64,000 nucleotides of DNA, from positions 4,928,001 through 4,992,000 of the forward strand of contig OZ240241.1 in NCBI GenBank assembly GCA_965198115.1. The letters run 5' to 3'. The DNA is from Candidatus Latescibacterota bacterium. Its GTDB lineage: Bacteria; Latescibacterota; UBA2968. The first letter of the stretch is position 1. Each line of letters opens with the position of its first letter. The position numbers and the translations under genes are program-made. This document shows positions 60,391 to 64,000 of this stretch, piece by piece. The notes beneath the pieces are model-generated. The model was not told where the DNA came from, did no database searches, and was given only the letters and a program-made list of their open reading frames with translations.

Positions 60391-60543
60391 CTCTCTTTGG
60401 AGCTGGTCGATTCTGTGACGTTGCTCCCGGACAGTTTTCCTCAATTCTACAAGCTGGCCCTTCAGAGGCTTGACCTGTTGGTTGATCTCACGCTTCGCTA
60501 AACGAACGATCTCTTCTCTCAGAATCTGATTCAGGTTCGGCAT
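60391..60543 (-). pseudogene. N-terminus of a coiled-coil (probable HTH) regulator truncated by IS256
   Basis: MPNLNQILREEIVRLAKREI; GAGGA RBS. Confidence 0.6.
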
Positions 60544-60977
60544 GCATTTCCTCTTTTATCGCTATGAATGGCCTTGAGGCCAAGAGTGCGTCGACATTGA
60601 CCAGGCGCCCACCACACAATACCTCCCATATCTCACTATCTCAATTTTCAAAATGTGAGTCCTGGGCACGTTCCTGACGAGTACGCTTTGGCCTGACTCT
60701 TCCAAAGGAGCATAAATGAAACGTTAATCGCCCCGTTCGCTCCACGAGATCACCGACATCGCACCTGATCCTCCTCTACTTGTCCCCGGACATATCCTCG
60801 CGTATTCTTACACTGCGACTCATTACCAGATCGATCGGCTGGAATGTATTCCAGACCCGAACAGGGTGGACTGCATCCAGCCGGTCGAGTGCTATGGTTC
60901 CGGTTACCGAAAGGCCCGGACCTCATACGATCTGGTATGGGTGCGCAGCCTGTGGTGTTCGACCGGCCTTGAAAAAG

Positions 60978-62397
60978 GGCTATATCCGGATCTCTCAACG
61001 AGATGAAGTGGGTGAAGGTGCCGTGGTTCCTGGCATGGGGGCGCGGTTAGCGTGTGCGGAACCTCTTCGGAATCTGCTCAGGGATGTTTATGTCTCCGAC
61101 GGTAAGGAAGATCATATCGTTGAATGCGTCGAGTGTGCGGAATCCGCTGGCTCGGTTCTTGACGATTTGGACGATTCGGTTGAGGCCTTCGGCGATGGCG
61201 TTGGTAAGACGCGTGTTCACGAATGCGAGGACGCCGAAGAAGTGCTGTCGCAGGGTCCTGACGAACTTTCGCAGGGGTTCACGTCGACTTCTGAGTGCGG
61301 ACGTCGTCCAGCATTTCAGGAAGCGTTCGGCAGCCCAGGGCGCTTTGTATTCCCAGAACTGCTCGAACTCGTCCTTGAGTCTCCAGGCTCTATAGATTCG
61401 GTAGTTCGCCTTCTCCAGTGCTTTGAGTGTCCGAGTATCCCCTCTGGAGCGTGTCGCTGAGTGCCGGTAGAGGAGCCATCGGAGGCCCTTCATGGCTTTG
61501 CGCTCATCCGGGGCAGCTTTACGCCACTGGTCCTTACGGACCTCGTCAACGGCGGCATTGAGAGCCTTGACGATGTGAAAGCGATCGAGGACCAGCTTGG
61601 CATTCGGACAGTGTTCCTGGATGGCTCCGATGTAAGCTTCGCTCATGTCGCAGCAGGCCCACTCGATCTTGGATCTCTGGTAGGGACTGAGAGCCTCTGT
61701 GAAGAACCGATCGATCGTTTTACGCGCCCTGCCGCGGCCAACCCACACCACGCAGGAGCGGTCCAGATCGTAAACGAGCGTGGCGTACCTGTGACGCTTG
61801 GCGTAGGAGATCTCGTCGATCCCGATGGTTTTGAGCCCTCGGATACGATGACCTTCACGAAGCCGCGTGATGGATCGGTGAAGGAGATCCGACAGCGTCG
61901 AGGCAGAGATGCGCAGTAACTCGGACGCCGCCTTCTGCGTCATGGTCTGGCAGTAGCGCAGCATGGCATACTCGAAGCGATACGTCACCCGAGAGAACCG
62001 CTCCGCCCACGGAATCTCCTCGACCACACGACCGTGGGTAGGACACCGAATCTCCCGAGGATGGTAGAGAAGCCAGACCCTCCACCCGCACACCGGAATG
62101 TCACGCCACCGACGCGGATGGGGCATTGTGCGGACGATTTTACCTCGACGGCCGCACTCCGGACAACAACAACCATTCTTATGTGGCTTTACGGCGATGA
62201 CGAAGCAGCTTCTCCCCTCAAACCACCAGCTGACAACACGGAACCCCTTGAATCTCAGCAGTTTCGATAGTAATCTGCTCCCGGTCATAGGTCGCACCCC
62301 CTTCGCTTTGATTGTCCTACACACACAACCAAGCGTAGGGAACGATCTATGACCTTGTCATTCTATAGTTTCACCGTTGAGAAACCCGGATAGAGCC
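60978..62397 (-). mobile_element. ISL3 copy 2
   Basis: Same 1420-bp element and TIRs as copy 1. Confidence 0.95.
61047..62324 (-). CDS. ISL3 transposase
   Basis: Near-identical to 35233-36510. Confidence 0.95.
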   Translation of the reverse strand: MCRTIKAKGVRPMTGSRLLSKLLRFKGFRVVSWWFEGRSCFVIAVKPHKNGCCCPECGRRGKIVRTMPHPRRWRDIPVCGWRVWLLYHPREIRCPTHGRVVEEIPWAERFSRVTYRFEYAMLRYCQTMTQKAASELLRISASTLSDLLHRSITRLREGHRIRGLKTIGIDEISYAKRHRYATLVYDLDRSCVVWVGRGRARKTIDRFFTEALSPYQRSKIEWACCDMSEAYIGAIQEHCPNAKLVLDRFHIVKALNAAVDEVRKDQWRKAAPDERKAMKGLRWLLYRHSATRSRGDTRTLKALEKANYRIYRAWRLKDEFEQFWEYKAPWAAERFLKCWTTSALRSRREPLRKFVRTLRQHFFGVLAFVNTRLTNAIAEGLNRIVQIVKNRASGFRTLDAFNDMIFLTVGDINIPEQIPKRFRTR

Positions 62398-62404
62398 TGA
62401 AAAA

Positions 62405-63824
62405 GGCTATATCCGGATCTCTCAACGAGCTGAAGTGGGTGAAGGTGCCGTGGTTCCTGGCATGGGGGCGCGGTTAGCGTGTGCGGAACCTCTTCGGAAT
62501 CTGCTCAGGGATGTTTATGTCTCCGACGGTAAGGAAGATCATATCGTTGAATGCGTCGAGTGTGCGGAATCCGCTGGCTCGGTTCTTGACGATTTGGACG
62601 ATTCGGTTGAGGCCTTCGGCGATGGCGTTGGTAAGACGCGTGTTCACGAATGCGAGGACGCCGAAGAAGTGCTGTCGCAGGGTCCTGACGAACTTTCGCA
62701 GGGGTTCACGTCGACTTCTGAGTGCGGACGTCGTCCAGCATTTCAGGAAGCGTTCGGCAGCCCAGGGCGCTTTGTATTCCCAGAACTGCTCGAACTCGTC
62801 CTTGAGTCTCCAGGCTCTATAGATTCGGTAGTTCGCCTTCTCCAGTGCTTTGAGTGTCCGAGTATCCCCTCTGGAGCGTGTCGCTGAGTGCCGGTAGAGG
62901 AGCCATCGGAGGCCCTTCATGGCTTTGCGCTCATCCGGGGCAGCTTTACGCCACTGGTCCTTACGGACCTCGTCAACGGCGGCATTGAGAGCCTTGACGA
63001 TGTGAAAGCGATCGAGGACCAGCTTGGCATTCGGACAGTGTTCCTGGATGGCTCCGATGTAAGCTTCGCTCATGTCGCAGCAGGCCCACTCGATCTTGGA
63101 TCTCTGGTAGGGACTGAGAGCCTCTGTGAAGAACCGATCGATCGTTTTACGCGCCCTGCCGCGGCCAACCCACACCACGCAGGAGCGGTCCAGATCGTAA
63201 ACGAGCGTGGCGTACCTGTGACGCTTGGCGTAGGAGATCTCGTCGATCCCGATGGTTTTGAGCCCTCGGATACGATGACCTTCACGAAGCCGCGTGATGG
63301 ATCGGTGAAGGAGATCCGACAGCGTCGAGGCAGAGATGCGCAGTAACTCGGACGCCGCCTTCTGCGTCATGGTCTGGCAGTAGCGCAGCATGGCATACTC
63401 GAAGCGATACGTCACCCGAGAGAACCGCTCCGCCCACGGAATCTCCTCGACCACACGACCGTGGGTAGGACACCGAATCTCCCGAGGATGGTAGAGAAGC
63501 CAGACCCTCCACCCGCACACCGGAATGTCACGCCACCGACGCGGATGGGGCATTGTGCGGACGATTTTACCTCGACGGCCGCACTCCGGACAACAACAAC
63601 CATTCTTATGGGGCTTTACGGCGATGACGAAGCAGCTTCTCCCCTCAAACCACCAGCTGACAACACGGAACCCCTTGAATCTCAGCAGTTCCGATAGTAA
63701 TCTGCTCCCGGTCATAGGTCGCACCCCCTTCGCTTTGATTGTCCTACACACACAACCAAGCGTAGGGAACGATCTATGACCTTGTCATTCTATAGTTTCA
63801 CCGTTGAGAAACCCGGATAGAGCC
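62405..63824 (-). mobile_element. ISL3 copy 3, in tandem with copy 2
   Basis: Same TIRs; 7-bp spacer TGAAAAA; TTGAAAAAG flanks the pair. Confidence 0.93.
62474..63751 (-). CDS. ISL3 transposase
   Basis: Near-identical to the other copies. Confidence 0.95.
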   Translation of the reverse strand: MCRTIKAKGVRPMTGSRLLSELLRFKGFRVVSWWFEGRSCFVIAVKPHKNGCCCPECGRRGKIVRTMPHPRRWRDIPVCGWRVWLLYHPREIRCPTHGRVVEEIPWAERFSRVTYRFEYAMLRYCQTMTQKAASELLRISASTLSDLLHRSITRLREGHRIRGLKTIGIDEISYAKRHRYATLVYDLDRSCVVWVGRGRARKTIDRFFTEALSPYQRSKIEWACCDMSEAYIGAIQEHCPNAKLVLDRFHIVKALNAAVDEVRKDQWRKAAPDERKAMKGLRWLLYRHSATRSRGDTRTLKALEKANYRIYRAWRLKDEFEQFWEYKAPWAAERFLKCWTTSALRSRREPLRKFVRTLRQHFFGVLAFVNTRLTNAIAEGLNRIVQIVKNRASGFRTLDAFNDMIFLTVGDINIPEQIPKRFRTR

Positions 63825-63835
63825 TTGAAAAAGCA

Positions 63836-63869
63836 TGCCGAGTGTCACGGGTTCCGTGGCGCTCGGCAT
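63836..63869 (-). terminator. Hairpin whose A-tract is the ISL3 target
   Basis: ATGCCGAGTGTCACGG/CCGTGGCGCTCGGCAT stem. Confidence 0.55.
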
Positions 63870-64000
63870 TTCTGTTCCAGGAACCAACTGACGCCAGTAG
63901 GCCCTGACCCACAGAATGGAAGACGCGCCTAATCTGGAGCCTTCCTGATCCACAGACTATGATCTGGATGGTCAACCGGGCCCAAGTCTCGGGACATGGG

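Noticed and set aside
60716-60977. Open stretch upstream of the ISL3 dimer
   Set aside because: The RBS-ATG is followed by an immediate stop and there are no recognisable motifs.

Overview
GC-rich bacterial chromosome window. The gene repertoire suggests an FCB-group organism such as Latescibacterota (inference only). Scattered 1-bp indels in otherwise intact genes suggest an imperfectly polished long-read assembly. (1) 1-27 kb is core chromosome: DUF309, an aldo/keto reductase, an HpcH aldolase, a tightly coupled minus-strand run (dtd-maf-RodZ-like-priA-flippase-Cys-cluster protein-DUF4159-DUF4175-TPR-secreted GATase-like-MoxR-DUF58), lptD, a cNMP histidine kinase, two IS630 copies, and two tiny ORFs behind sigma54- and sigma28-like promoters. 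(2) tRNA-Leu(TAG) at 27228 is followed by a decaying island (about 27.3-43 kb). It holds an integrase-less phage-satellite core (structured RNA leader, HTH gene, excisionase, Toprim-DUF3631 primase with an iteron-like origin), a podovirus-like adaptor/nozzle fragment, restriction-modification debris, an IS1595-like mini-element carrying a methyltransferase fragment, and ISL3/IS256/IS3/IS21 pieces. (3) 43-55 kb holds metabolic genes: lysA, a GlpD-like oxidase behind a (CCTCCTG)18 tract, an Nramp-like transporter, two sulfatases, an esterase, a peptidase and NIPSNAP. (4) 54.6-64 kb is an IS cluster: IS200, a truncated GAF/PAS sensor, IS256 with IS1182 nested in its terminus, and a tandem ISL3 dimer. 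Family assignments come from motif recognition by eye, not database searches.
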